NCBI GenBank assembly: GCA_035627595.1
Contig: DASPLK010000001.1
Location: 69,619 to 133,618 of the forward strand
Direction of reading: 5' to 3'
Length of the DNA stretch: 64,000 bases
Source of the DNA: Minisyncoccota bacterium
Lineage (GTDB): Bacteria > Patescibacteriota > Minisyncoccia > Phycocordibacterales > Phycocordibacteraceae
Every line of letters starts with the position of its first letter. Position 1 is the stretch's first letter. The position numbers were made by a program, and so were the translations under genes. Shown piece by piece: positions 45,871-55,878 of this stretch. The notes under the pieces were generated by a model. It saw nothing but the letters and a program-made list of their open reading frames with translations, had not been told where the DNA came from and did not search any database.

Positions 45871-47085
45871 ATGAAGTTCCGCGTAATCCTTAAGAGAGAA
45901 GACGGCAGTGAAGAAAAGCGTGTCATGGATGCTGCTTCGAAGTTCGTGGTGTACGAAACTGCGGAAAGAGAGCGTGCGACCGTAATCTCTATAGAGGAGG
46001 ATGCAAGTGGAAGTATTTTTGAGAAGCTCTCGAGCGTGTCCTTTGGGGTTGGCATAAATACGATGCAGCGCATTACGTTCACAAAGAACCTCGCTGCAAT
46101 GCTTTCTGCGGGGCTTACGCTCTCGCGTGCGCTCTCTGTCATTAACCGTCAGTCCACCAATCCTTCCTTAAAGAAAATAGTCATCGACCTTGAGGGAAAG
46201 GTAAAAGAGGGTAGTGGATTCCATGAGGCGCTTGCCGCACATCCAAAGGTTTTCTCTAAACTTTTTATTGCCATGACCAAGGCAGGTGAAGAGTCGGGCA
46301 CCTTGTCTGAATCATTGACGAACGTTGCGCGTCAGATGGACCGCTCATACACGCTACAGAAGAAGATCCAGGGCGCGATGATCTATCCCGCAGTCATTCT
46401 AGTCGCGATCGTCGTCATTGGTGTCCTCATGATGATGTTCGTTGTGCCGACCCTATCTGCCACCTTTACCTCGATGAATGTGGAGCTTCCAACCTCGACC
46501 AAGATCATCATCGCGGTCTCGGACTTTATGAAAGAGCACATGGTCGTAACGCTTGTCCTGCTCGTCGCATCATTTGTCGGGCTCTTCCTTTTTATGCGCT
46601 CGAAGCTTGGAAGTGCACTTATCCTCTGGGGAGCGCTCCGTACGCCGGTCATTGGCGAACTGGTCAAGGAGACGATGAGCGCCCGCGCTGCACGCGCGCT
46701 TTCCTCGCTCCTCTCTTCTGGTGTTGAGATGCTTACCGCTATCTCTATCGCACGTGAAGTTGTGGGCACTAAGATGTTTGCGGACGTACTTGTAGAGGCA
46801 GAGGCGCGTGTGAAAAAGGGAGAACAGCTTTCTGCCGCGTTTGCGGACCATCCGAAGCTCTACCCGGTGTTCGTCGCCGATATGATCGCGGTGGGTGAGG
46901 AGACGGGAAAAGTCTCCGACATGCTCGCGCAGGTTGCGACCTACTATGAAGTGGACGTTGAAGACCGCACCAAGGATCTCTCAACAATTATCGAGCCAAT
47001 CCTGATGCTCTTGATCGGTCTCTTCGTCGGCATCTTCGCAGTCTCCATGATGGCGCCGATCTACTCGCTCTCGTCTCAAATCTAA
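45871..47085 (+). CDS. pilC: Type IV pilus platform protein PilC/GspF
   Basis: FTKNLAAMLSAG, AGEESGTL, AMIYP, VGEETG, IEPIL. Confidence 0.95.
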   Translation: MKFRVILKREDGSEEKRVMDAASKFVVYETAERERATVISIEEDASGSIFEKLSSVSFGVGINTMQRITFTKNLAAMLSAGLTLSRALSVINRQSTNPSLKKIVIDLEGKVKEGSGFHEALAAHPKVFSKLFIAMTKAGEESGTLSESLTNVARQMDRSYTLQKKIQGAMIYPAVILVAIVVIGVLMMMFVVPTLSATFTSMNVELPTSTKIIIAVSDFMKEHMVVTLVLLVASFVGLFLFMRSKLGSALILWGALRTPVIGELVKETMSARAARALSSLLSSGVEMLTAISIAREVVGTKMFADVLVEAEARVKKGEQLSAAFADHPKLYPVFVADMIAVGEETGKVSDMLAQVATYYEVDVEDRTKDLSTIIEPILMLLIGLFVGIFAVSMMAPIYSLSSQI

Positions 47086-47112
47086 AACGCGCGTGCGCTA
47101 TCATAGGAAGGT

Positions 47113-48828
47113 ATGCACCGTCCGATGCGCGGAGTCTCACTCGTCGACGTGGTCGTCGGCACCTTCCTTGTACTCGTCGTGTTCCTCGCGCTCTTTGGTC
47201 TCTTGCGTGCTTCCATACTTGTATCATCGGTCGCTAAGTCACGCGCGACCGCAACCTCTATTGCGAGCAGTCAGATCGAGTATGTGCACTCGCTCTCTTA
47301 TGATTCCGTCGGCACTGTTGGCGGCATCCCGCCGGGCGTGGTGCCACAGTATGCGACCACGACGCATAATGGCATCGACTTCGTTACGCGCACGACTATT
47401 CAGTATGTCGATGACCCTGCAGATGGCACGGACGCCTCTGATGTGACCGGCATCACCACCGACTACAAGCGGGTGCGCGTTGCTGTTACGTACACTGTGA
47501 ACTATCGGAGTCGGGAGGTGGCGCTCATTACAAATGTCGTGCCACCAGGACTTGAGACCTCAACCGGCGGTGGAACACTAAAGATTGATGTCGTGAGCGC
47601 GACCGGCATGCCAGTCGCAGGTGCGTCAGTCCGTATTGAGAACGATGACGTATCGCCCGCGGTCGACGTGACCACATTCTCCAATGCGCTTGGTGTCGTG
47701 TATCTTCCGGGAGCAGCAACTTCCACTGCGTACCGCGTATCGGTTCTCAAGACCGGTTACTCGAGCGCGCAGACATATGCACGCGATGCGATCAACCAGA
47801 ATCCGACGCCAGGCTACCTCACTGTTGCCAAGGATCAGACGACGACCGGCACATTCGCAATCGATACACTTGCAACGCTCGTCCTCCGTACGTTCTCACC
47901 TATCGAGCGTGCAACCACTACCGATGCGTTCGATGATGCATCTGGGATTGCGCAGAGTACAAATGTTTCCGTTGGTTCCGGCGCGCTCGAGCTATCAGGA
48001 ACGGTAGGCACCTATCCAAGCACAGGAAGTGCGCGAGGTACGGCGGTTTCACCCGAGCACTTGGCAGCATGGGGAGACATCTCTGCGCAAATCTCTGTGC
48101 CTACGAACACGACTGCGCGCGTGCAAGTTACCGATAGTGCAGGAACACCCCTTCCGGATGCAGTTCTCCCTGGGAACGGAACCGGTTTCACCAACTTTCC
48201 GGTATCGCTCTCGAATGTTTCCACGACCACGTACCCGACACTCGCGCTACTTGCGTCGCTTACTTCAAGCGACGCAAGTACGACACCTGCGGTATTAGCT
48301 TGGTCGCTATCGTACGACGAAGGGCCGCTCCCGCTTCCAGACGTTGGCTTCTCTCTTGTGGGCACTAAGACTATCGGTTCCACGGGAGCGGGTGAGCCGC
48401 TTCATAAGAGCGAAGTATCAGACGTAACCGGTGCGGATGGTACTTGGAATGGAGAGCTTGAATGGGACGTGTACACGCTTTCAATCGAAGGATACGACGT
48501 GGTTGATGCGTGCGGCGCGCCGCCGTTCACCCTTCCGCCGGGCACCACGAGCGACAATCGGCTCATGCTTGGTGACGAAAGCGCGCACATGATTCTCATA
48601 TCTGTGCGTGACACATCGGGCGCGGCTATTGAAGGAGCATCAGTCACGCTCTCGCAAAGCGGTTATGCCTCGACAAAGGTGACCGGAGCATGCGGCACTG
48701 CGTACTTCGGGGACCTCATCAGTTCCACGGCGTATACCGTTGAGGTTGTCAAAAGCGGATACGCCTTGTCGACGCATACGCCGGTCTCGGTATCGGGGAA
48801 GACGTTCTATGCCGCAACACTTGAGTAG
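47113..48828 (+). CDS. Large minor pilin with carboxypeptidase-regulatory-like beta domains
   Basis: RG-VSLVDVVV prepilin-like start (D at position 5); DYKRVRVAV; two PVAGASV / AIEGASV beta modules. Confidence 0.82.
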   Translation: MHRPMRGVSLVDVVVGTFLVLVVFLALFGLLRASILVSSVAKSRATATSIASSQIEYVHSLSYDSVGTVGGIPPGVVPQYATTTHNGIDFVTRTTIQYVDDPADGTDASDVTGITTDYKRVRVAVTYTVNYRSREVALITNVVPPGLETSTGGGTLKIDVVSATGMPVAGASVRIENDDVSPAVDVTTFSNALGVVYLPGAATSTAYRVSVLKTGYSSAQTYARDAINQNPTPGYLTVAKDQTTTGTFAIDTLATLVLRTFSPIERATTTDAFDDASGIAQSTNVSVGSGALELSGTVGTYPSTGSARGTAVSPEHLAAWGDISAQISVPTNTTARVQVTDSAGTPLPDAVLPGNGTGFTNFPVSLSNVSTTTYPTLALLASLTSSDASTTPAVLAWSLSYDEGPLPLPDVGFSLVGTKTIGSTGAGEPLHKSEVSDVTGADGTWNGELEWDVYTLSIEGYDVVDACGAPPFTLPPGTTSDNRLMLGDESAHMILISVRDTSGAAIEGASVTLSQSGYASTKVTGACGTAYFGDLISSTAYTVEVVKSGYALSTHTPVSVSGKTFYAATLE

Positions 48829-48832
48829 CTAT

Positions 48833-49420
48833 ATGACCCACCGCGCTTTTACGCTCATTGAGACCCTGGTCGTTGTCGCTGTTGTGGCAATCGTTGGACT
48901 CGCGCTGCATGCGATCATCCTTCGTTTCTATCAAGCGAACACGTATGTGTTACAGGGAACGGCTGCGGTCAATAGTGCGCGTAACGGTGTCACGACCCTA
49001 TCCTCAAATATTCGTGAGGTGACCTATAGTGACGATGGAGCATACCCGCTGAGCCAGGCAGCGACCTCCTCGGTCACGTTTTATGCAGACGTCGACAAGG
49101 ATGGTGGCGTGGAACGTGTGCGCATGTACCTCATCGAGGGCACCTTTTATCGCGTCGTTACAAACGCAGCAGGTAGCCCGCCAACCTACATGGGCCAGGC
49201 ACCCGCGACGACGACAATTGCGACCTATGTCGCAAACGGTACCTCAACGCCGCTCTTTAGATACTTCAACGCAAGTGGTACAGAGCTAACCGGCTCGGTC
49301 GATACGACAGAAGTCGCATCCATACTTACGACTCTTATGGTCGACATCAACCCGCATCGCGCGCCAGACATCTACACCCTAACCCAGAGCGCGACACTCC
49401 GTAACTTGCGGAACGAGTAA
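48833..49420 (+). CDS. Minor pilin (PilW-like)
   Basis: RA-FTLIETLVVVAVV N-methylation motif. Confidence 0.88.
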   Translation: MTHRAFTLIETLVVVAVVAIVGLALHAIILRFYQANTYVLQGTAAVNSARNGVTTLSSNIREVTYSDDGAYPLSQAATSSVTFYADVDKDGGVERVRMYLIEGTFYRVVTNAAGSPPTYMGQAPATTTIATYVANGTSTPLFRYFNASGTELTGSVDTTEVASILTTLMVDINPHRAPDIYTLTQSATLRNLRNE

Positions 49421-49421
49421 T

Positions 49422-50849
49422 ATGAAACCTATGACCCCTCAGCCGCGCGGCTACCTCATGCTCCTTACAATCGTCTTCGGCGCGATCTTCCTCGGCGTTC
49501 TCGGTTCGCTTTCAGGGTACGTACTCTCGCAAAACGAAGCGCAGGTGCGCGCAACAGGGGATGCCAAAGCGTTCTCCATGGCGGAAGCCGGACTCGAGTA
49601 CTACCACTGGTACCTCGCGCACAACCCGGGCGACATTACGCACGGCACCGGGCAGCCCGGGCCCTATGTCATTCCATACAACGACCCGGAAGGCGGAGAG
49701 GCTGGAGAGATAGCGCTTGAGGTGACCGGCAATCTTTCATGCGGGCAGACCACTTCGATTGATATACGCTCGACCGGTATACCAAGTGATGGATCAGGTG
49801 CAGAAAAGACTGTTGTCGGCCGCTACGCGCAGCCGACAGTCGCACAATTCTCGTATGTGCTTAACGACAGTGTCTGGGCAGGTGAGGACCGTGTCATCAA
49901 TGGTCCCTACCATAGCAATGGAGGCATTCGCATGGACGGCACCGCGAATGCGCCGGTCACAAGCTCACTCTCTACATGGCTGTGTACGTCATCATTCGGC
50001 TGTTCACCGAACCAGACGAAAAATGGTGTGTGGGGAAATGGTTCCAATCAGGAGCTCTGGAGCTACCCGGTGCCGCAGGTTGACTTCAGCGGCATCGCTG
50101 CAGACTTCTCAACTCTAAAGACGTACGCGCAGGCCGACGGCATATACCTTCCGCGCTACAGTTCGGGTAATAGTAATGGAGCAGCGTACTGGAGGGGTTA
50201 TCACCTCATCTTTAACGCGAACAATACGGTAACGGTGCGTCGTGTCTCTTCGACCGTCTCTATGGATGTCGTGCCGGTCAACTCCGCGGACCCGGACTGG
50301 GATCGTGCACGGATACAGAACGAAACCAACTACGCGACGTACTCCATACCAGAGGACTGCGGACTCATCTATGTCGAAGACAATGTCTGGGTAGAGGGAA
50401 CGATATCGGACAAGGTAACTGTGGTCGCGGCTAATGTAATCAATACGGGTGTTGAGCCGAGCGCATACCTCAAAGGAAACATCACTTACTCCACCACCAA
50501 CGGCACGGCCGGCCTTGCGCTCATTGCTGAGAAGAATGTGCTTATAGTGCCCGACTCGCCACACAACATGACTCTCAACGGCATCTTCATCGCACAGGGC
50601 GGAGCGTTTGGAAGAAACCTCTACGGATGCCCGAGTTCGTACGAACCGCGTGGCACTCTCACAATTCTTGGTACGACAGTGTCGAACAAGCGCACCGGTA
50701 CTAAATGGGAGAACGGGTGTGGTTGGAGAGGAGACGCTGGATACCAGACGCGCGTGGATGCGTATGACAGAAAGCTCGCGACCGACCCGCCACCGTTTAC
50801 ACCCACTGTCTCTTCCGACTACACCTTCGTCGACTGGCGAGAAGAATAG
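49422..50849 (+). CDS. PilX-like minor pilin with large C-terminal domain
   Basis: RG-YLMLLTIVF (no Glu5), AFSMAEAGLEY, GPYHSNGGIR, C-terminal WRE. Confidence 0.82.
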   Translation: MKPMTPQPRGYLMLLTIVFGAIFLGVLGSLSGYVLSQNEAQVRATGDAKAFSMAEAGLEYYHWYLAHNPGDITHGTGQPGPYVIPYNDPEGGEAGEIALEVTGNLSCGQTTSIDIRSTGIPSDGSGAEKTVVGRYAQPTVAQFSYVLNDSVWAGEDRVINGPYHSNGGIRMDGTANAPVTSSLSTWLCTSSFGCSPNQTKNGVWGNGSNQELWSYPVPQVDFSGIAADFSTLKTYAQADGIYLPRYSSGNSNGAAYWRGYHLIFNANNTVTVRRVSSTVSMDVVPVNSADPDWDRARIQNETNYATYSIPEDCGLIYVEDNVWVEGTISDKVTVVAANVINTGVEPSAYLKGNITYSTTNGTAGLALIAEKNVLIVPDSPHNMTLNGIFIAQGGAFGRNLYGCPSSYEPRGTLTILGTTVSNKRTGTKWENGCGWRGDAGYQTRVDAYDRKLATDPPPFTPTVSSDYTFVDWREE

Positions 50850-50871
50850 GCGTCCGTGCTAGCATGGACGT

Positions 50872-51609
50872 ATGATCATCGTCGCTAATTGGAAGGCATA
50901 CGTCGATACAACGGAAAAGGCGAAGAAGCTCTTCACTTCTGCGAAGCGCCTTACACAGTATGCGGATATCGTGCTCGCAATGCCGCATCCATATATAGGT
51001 ATGTGTGGAGGTAGCGCTAAGTCTAAGGTCGCACTTGCTGCCCAGGACGTTTCTATAAGTACGGGCGGGGCGGACACGGGAGAGGTGACAGCAGGTACGC
51101 TCGCGTCTCTCGGGGTTTCGTATGCGATCGTCGGCCATTCGGAGCGTCGCGCAAAGGGAGAGACAGATGAAATGGTCCTCGAGAAAGTGAAGCGTGCGCT
51201 CGCACATAACATCACACCAATTCTGTGCGTAGGGGAGCAGGAGCGTGACCCGGATGCTAAGTACCTGAACACGGTACGCGCGCAACTCTCAGCGGTCTTC
51301 TCCCAGCTTTCACAGAAGGAGCGCTTGGCGGTGGTTGTCGCCTATGAGCCTATTTGGGCTATCGGTAAGACCGCAGCAGAATCCATCCAGCCAGTCGATC
51401 TTGAGGAGATGGTTCTGTACATTCGTAAGGTGCTCGGCGAATACCTTCCTGGGAAGAGTCCTTTGAAGGTGCGCGTTATTTATGGAGGTTCCGCTGAGCC
51501 AGGAAACGCACGAGCGCTTGCTGGCGGGAGCGGAATCGACGGCTTCCTCGTAGGGCATGCGAGTGTCGATGTACCTACTTTCTCAGCGCTCGTAAGAGCG
51601 GTCTCATAA
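50872..51609 (+). CDS. tpiA: Triosephosphate isomerase
   Basis: ANWK, GHSERR, AYEPIWAIG, YGGS. Confidence 0.96.
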   Translation: MIIVANWKAYVDTTEKAKKLFTSAKRLTQYADIVLAMPHPYIGMCGGSAKSKVALAAQDVSISTGGADTGEVTAGTLASLGVSYAIVGHSERRAKGETDEMVLEKVKRALAHNITPILCVGEQERDPDAKYLNTVRAQLSAVFSQLSQKERLAVVVAYEPIWAIGKTAAESIQPVDLEEMVLYIRKVLGEYLPGKSPLKVRVIYGGSAEPGNARALAGGSGIDGFLVGHASVDVPTFSALVRAVS

Positions 51610-51612
51610 CTC

Positions 51613-52746
51613 ATGCGGAGCGTCCGCAACATTCCGCACCTTGAAAACGCACCAGTACTAGTGCGCGCCGCACTTAATGTACCGATCGCGGACGGCAAGG
51701 TCGCTAATACATTTCGACTACGTCAAGCATTGCCTACGATTGAGTATCTTCAAAAGAAGCACGCGCGAGTGATACTCATCGGCCATATTGGCGATAAAGG
51801 CACGGAGACTCTGCTGCCGGTAGCTCAGGCATTGCGTGAGTTCATACCACGCCTTTCGTTCTGCCCGTACACCACAGGGGCACAGGCTCGCGCCGCAGTC
51901 CGTGCACTTGTGCCGGGCGAAGTTCTGATGCTTGAGAATTTGCGCAGACACGCGGGTGAGAAGGCGAATGACCCAGAATTTGTCGCAGACCTTGCAGAGC
52001 TCGCGGACGTTTTCGTGCAGGACTCATTTGATGTGTGTCATAGAAAGCACGCATCCGTTATTGGTGTGCCGGAGCTCCTCCCGAGCTACGCGGGCCTTTT
52101 GCTAGAGACAGAGGTGAAGGAGCTGAAGAAGGCGCTAACACCTAAGCGTCCATCGCTCGCGGTGATCGGCGGCGCAAAGTTCAGCACCAAGGAACCAGTC
52201 ATTAAGACGCTCCTCGAGCGGTACGATCGCGTGTTTGTCGGCGGCGCGCTCTCAAACGATTTCTTGCGCGCTAAAGGATATCCGCTTGAAGCGTCTCTGG
52301 TCTCTGAGACTGATCACGATGCAATCAAAAAACTTCTTACGCATCCACGTCTGGTGATTCCTTCGGATGAGATATACGCCGTTCCTGGCGCGCCAGTGTC
52401 TGAAAGTAAGGAGGGTATGCTCGACGGCAAGGCACCGTTCGAGGCCGTCTTAGATAATGGGCCGCGAACTTTAGCGCAGCTTGAATCGATGGTACAGAGC
52501 GCAAAGACCATTCTCTGGAACGGTCCGTTGGGAAACTATGAGAGAGGATATGTAGCAGGGACCGAACGGCTCGCCAAGGCAATCGCAAAGAGTGGCGCGT
52601 ACTCGATACTTGGGGGCGGTGATACGATTGCCGCGGTAGAGAAGCTCGGACTTTCCGGCAGGTTCTCATTCATCTCGACCGGCGGCGGCGCGATGCTCGA
52701 TTTCATCGCTACCGGCACGCTGCCTGGTATTGACGCGCTCTCTTAG
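51613..52746 (+). CDS. pgk: Phosphoglycerate kinase
   Basis: LENLR, IGGAK, WNGPLG, GGGDT, ISTGGGA. Confidence 0.95.
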   Translation: MRSVRNIPHLENAPVLVRAALNVPIADGKVANTFRLRQALPTIEYLQKKHARVILIGHIGDKGTETLLPVAQALREFIPRLSFCPYTTGAQARAAVRALVPGEVLMLENLRRHAGEKANDPEFVADLAELADVFVQDSFDVCHRKHASVIGVPELLPSYAGLLLETEVKELKKALTPKRPSLAVIGGAKFSTKEPVIKTLLERYDRVFVGGALSNDFLRAKGYPLEASLVSETDHDAIKKLLTHPRLVIPSDEIYAVPGAPVSESKEGMLDGKAPFEAVLDNGPRTLAQLESMVQSAKTILWNGPLGNYERGYVAGTERLAKAIAKSGAYSILGGGDTIAAVEKLGLSGRFSFISTGGGAMLDFIATGTLPGIDALS

Positions 52747-53156
52747 CAGGCCTTGCGGATCTTCTCCGCGTAATCGTCCATCTCGGTCGCGTTGTAAGTG
52801 CCGACGCCGAACCACTCCCTGAACCCATCGCCGATGTGGCGCGGGATGACATGAAGGTGTACGTGGTCGGTGACCATCTGCCCTGCAGCCGGGTCGTTGT
52901 TCATAATGATGTTTATACCGTCGGCTTTGACGGCTTTTTTAATAGCGGTCGCGAGCTTCTTCGCGACAATCATCATCTTTGCCAATGTGTCTTCCGGCGT
53001 ATCGTAGATGGTTCGGTACTGCTTCTTCGGTACCACAAGCACATGGCCCTTATTGATAGGGTGGATATCGAGAAACGCGACGACATCATCATCCTCATAG
53101 ACCTTGGATGAAGGAATCTTGTCTTTGATGATCTGAGTGAAAATACTGTCGGACAT
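52743..53156 (-). CDS. HIT-family nucleotide hydrolase
   Basis: SIFTQII, FLDIHP...GHVLVVPK, HVHLHVIPR; start moved to 53156. Confidence 0.93.
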   Translation of the reverse strand: MSDSIFTQIIKDKIPSSKVYEDDDVVAFLDIHPINKGHVLVVPKKQYRTIYDTPEDTLAKMMIVAKKLATAIKKAVKADGINIIMNNDPAAGQMVTDHVHLHVIPRHIGDGFREWFGVGTYNATEMDDYAEKIRKAC

Positions 53157-53201
53157 ATACGTAAAGGATACCGCAGACCTGTTCTGATACAATCCACCCA
53201 C

Positions 53202-54908
53202 ATGACGTCCTTCCCAGAAGCTATTCCCGAGTCCGTACGAGAGGCACTTTCTGGATACGACGACTTCACTGCAGGGCTTCTTGCGCGTAGAGGCATAACA
53301 ACCGCTCCTGAGGCAGAAGCGTTCCTGTCGCCCTCCTATGACGAGCATATTGGGAATCCGATGCGAATACTTAATATGCCAAAAGCAGCAGCGCGTGTGG
53401 CGCGCGCGATAGACGCGCACGAGCGCATTGGCGTCTGGAGCGATTACGACTGTGATGGCATACCGGGAGGTGTGCTGTTTCATGACTTTCTGAAAAAGAC
53501 GGGAGCGAACTTTGTTAACTACATACCGCACCGGCACAAGGAGGGTTTTGGACTGAATGAGAATGGCATCGATAAGCTTCATGCAGATGGTGTCACACTC
53601 CTCATCACTATCGATTGCGGCATAGCAGATGTGGACGCTGTCGCCTATGCGTCTTCACTTGGTATTGATGTCATCATTACTGACCACCACCTCCCAGGTG
53701 TGCTTCCTGACGCATATGCGATTGTGGATCCAAAGCAAGACGGTGAAACAAATGCGTACACAGACTTCTGCGGAGCAGGGCTCGCGTGGAAACTGGTTTG
53801 CGCCGTTCTTCAGCACGGTTTTGCGGGGAGGGAGAAGATACCGGAAGGGTGGGAGAAGTGGCTTCTCGATATGGCAGGTATGGCGACGATTGCCGATATG
53901 GTTCCCCTTACTGGCGAGAACCGTGTTATTGCCCGCTACGGGCTGCTGGTGATGCGCAAGTCGCGCAGACTTGGGCTACAGAAGTTGTGCAAAGTCGCAC
54001 GCGTAAACCAGAGGAGTATTACGGAGGATGATGTAGGTTTCATGCTCGCACCTAGGATCAATGCCGCAAGCCGCATGGGAAACCCAACCGATGCATTCCA
54101 TCTTCTTACAACTAGCGATGAGATCGAAGCAGATACTCTTGCTAAAGAACTCGAACGCATCAATAGAAGTAGAAGAGCTGCCGCAGCTGCAATCACACGC
54201 TCAGTGCATGAGCGACTTGCTGCGCGAACTGATGTGCCTGCAGTTATCGCGATGGGTGACCCTGAGTGGCGCCCGGGGCTCTTGGGGCTTGTAGCGAACT
54301 CAGTTGCAGAGGAGTACGAACGGCCCGTGTTCCTCTGGGGACGCGAGGCAAGTATGCGCGCGAAGGGATCCTGTCGCGCAGGGAAGAAAGGCATGCACGT
54401 CGTCCGCATCATGGAAGCCGCGAAGGACGTGTTCAAGGAGTACGGCGGACACGCAGCATCTGGCGGTTTCACTGTCCATGATGACCAGGTGTTTTTTCTT
54501 GAAGAGAAATTAAATGAGGCTCTATCCTCGCTTGAGGAAATGGGAGAGACAGTAACGCTCCACGAGGCGGATGCATCCGTCGCACCGCATGAGGCTAACA
54601 TCAGACTTCTCTCGTCGTTGGAGAAGTTCGCACCCTTTGGCATGGGAAACCCAAAGCCCGTGTTTCTCCTGAAGGATGTCTTGGTGCGCGAGGTGTCATG
54701 GTTCGGAAAGTCTGAAGAGCACCTGCGCGTCAAAATTGCGCATGAGTCAGGCCAGGTAGAAGCAATCTCTTTCTTTGCAAAGCGCGAACTAGGGAAGGAA
54801 GTCGAACGGGTTACACCGGGCGGGCGGGCGGATTTATTAGCGAACTTGGAACGCGAGCAGTTCACACGCGGTATGCCGGTGCGTCTGAGGATAGTTGCCA
54901 TACGGTAG
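53202..54908 (+). CDS. recJ: ssDNA exonuclease RecJ
   Basis: DYDCDG, TIDCG, TDHH, ADMVPL, PRINAASR, GGHAA, PFGMGNPKP. Confidence 0.95.
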   Translation: MTSFPEAIPESVREALSGYDDFTAGLLARRGITTAPEAEAFLSPSYDEHIGNPMRILNMPKAAARVARAIDAHERIGVWSDYDCDGIPGGVLFHDFLKKTGANFVNYIPHRHKEGFGLNENGIDKLHADGVTLLITIDCGIADVDAVAYASSLGIDVIITDHHLPGVLPDAYAIVDPKQDGETNAYTDFCGAGLAWKLVCAVLQHGFAGREKIPEGWEKWLLDMAGMATIADMVPLTGENRVIARYGLLVMRKSRRLGLQKLCKVARVNQRSITEDDVGFMLAPRINAASRMGNPTDAFHLLTTSDEIEADTLAKELERINRSRRAAAAAITRSVHERLAARTDVPAVIAMGDPEWRPGLLGLVANSVAEEYERPVFLWGREASMRAKGSCRAGKKGMHVVRIMEAAKDVFKEYGGHAASGGFTVHDDQVFFLEEKLNEALSSLEEMGETVTLHEADASVAPHEANIRLLSSLEKFAPFGMGNPKPVFLLKDVLVREVSWFGKSEEHLRVKIAHESGQVEAISFFAKRELGKEVERVTPGGRADLLANLEREQFTRGMPVRLRIVAIR

Positions 54909-54954
54909 AGTAGTGGTAGGGTAGAGTCTTCCAATAGAAACGGGAGGAAAGAAA

Positions 54955-55353
54955 TTGGAAATAGAAACTAGTTCTTCCGAGGACGAGGACGACATTCAGC
55001 TCAGGCTCGAGTTTGATCCGTGCCGTTGGGTGGAGGTGAAGTTGCGACGTGCTAAGCCGATCGACTTTTCTCTGCTTCCTGACCGGGCATCTGGATTTAA
55101 ACCAACCGGTGAGGTGGCAACACCGCGCATGCTGCTTTTGCTCGGCGAGATTCGCCGGCGTGAACAGCGGCGTAAGCAGCTCGTTGATGCGCGCAAGGTC
55201 GTGAACAACGAGAGTGCGATTGTGATCATGCAGGAGTTCCTTGCAATCGCGATACGCCAAGTTGTGAGTCCCAAATACGCACGATGTGAGTTCCGGATCG
55301 TCCATCCCAATGGCGAGCCGATCATCGTCGCGAGGGGACGTCTCACTCGCTAA
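54955..55353 (+). CDS. Orphan hypothetical protein
   Basis: 132-aa ORF with TTG start after a GGGAGG SD; fills the recJ-rnhA gap; hairpin at ~55396-55416. Confidence 0.55.
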   Translation: MEIETSSSEDEDDIQLRLEFDPCRWVEVKLRRAKPIDFSLLPDRASGFKPTGEVATPRMLLLLGEIRRREQRRKQLVDARKVVNNESAIVIMQEFLAIAIRQVVSPKYARCEFRIVHPNGEPIIVARGRLTR

Positions 55354-55438
55354 CTGCCGCAAAACGCGTCAGTCCTCAAATCGAAGCAAACACCGGGCCG
55401 ACGCTAAGCGTCGGCCTTTGGCTTGCTATACTCCCTCT

Positions 55439-55861
55439 ATGCATTTCACACTCTATGCCGATGGCGGATCGCGTGGAAACCCAGGACCTGCAGGGGCCGG
55501 CGCGGTTGTGTTTGATCAGGGTGGCAAACGCGTCGTCGAGGTAGCGGATTTTCTCGGAGTTGCGACGAATAACATAGCTGAGTACGAGGCGGTCTTGCGT
55601 GGGCTTGTCGCACTTAAGGATGCGTACCCTGAGGGTTTCTTTATGCATGCAACGGTCACCGTGAAGATGGATAGTAAGCTTGTCATTGAGCAGATGAAAG
55701 GCGCATATCGCGTGAAGCATCCAAACCTCATTCCGCGGCACCTGGAGATTAAGAATCTTATTGCCCGATACTTCTCAACAGTGGAGTTCGTACATGTGCC
55801 TAGAGCGCAGAACGCGGATGCAGATGCGCTTGCCAATAAAGCGATGGACGCTGGCAGATGA
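55439..55861 (+). CDS. rnhA: Ribonuclease HI
   Basis: YADGGSRGNPG, TNNIAEY, DSKLV, N.DADALAN. Confidence 0.94.
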   Translation: MHFTLYADGGSRGNPGPAGAGAVVFDQGGKRVVEVADFLGVATNNIAEYEAVLRGLVALKDAYPEGFFMHATVTVKMDSKLVIEQMKGAYRVKHPNLIPRHLEIKNLIARYFSTVEFVHVPRAQNADADALANKAMDAGR

Positions 55862-55878
55862 GCGTAAGGCGCGCTTTT

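Noticed and set aside
53936-54934. Long antisense ORFs (332 aa here; also 59951-60817, 42357-43046, 39383-39985)
   Set aside because: They are shadow frames opposite better-supported genes and contain no recognisable motifs.
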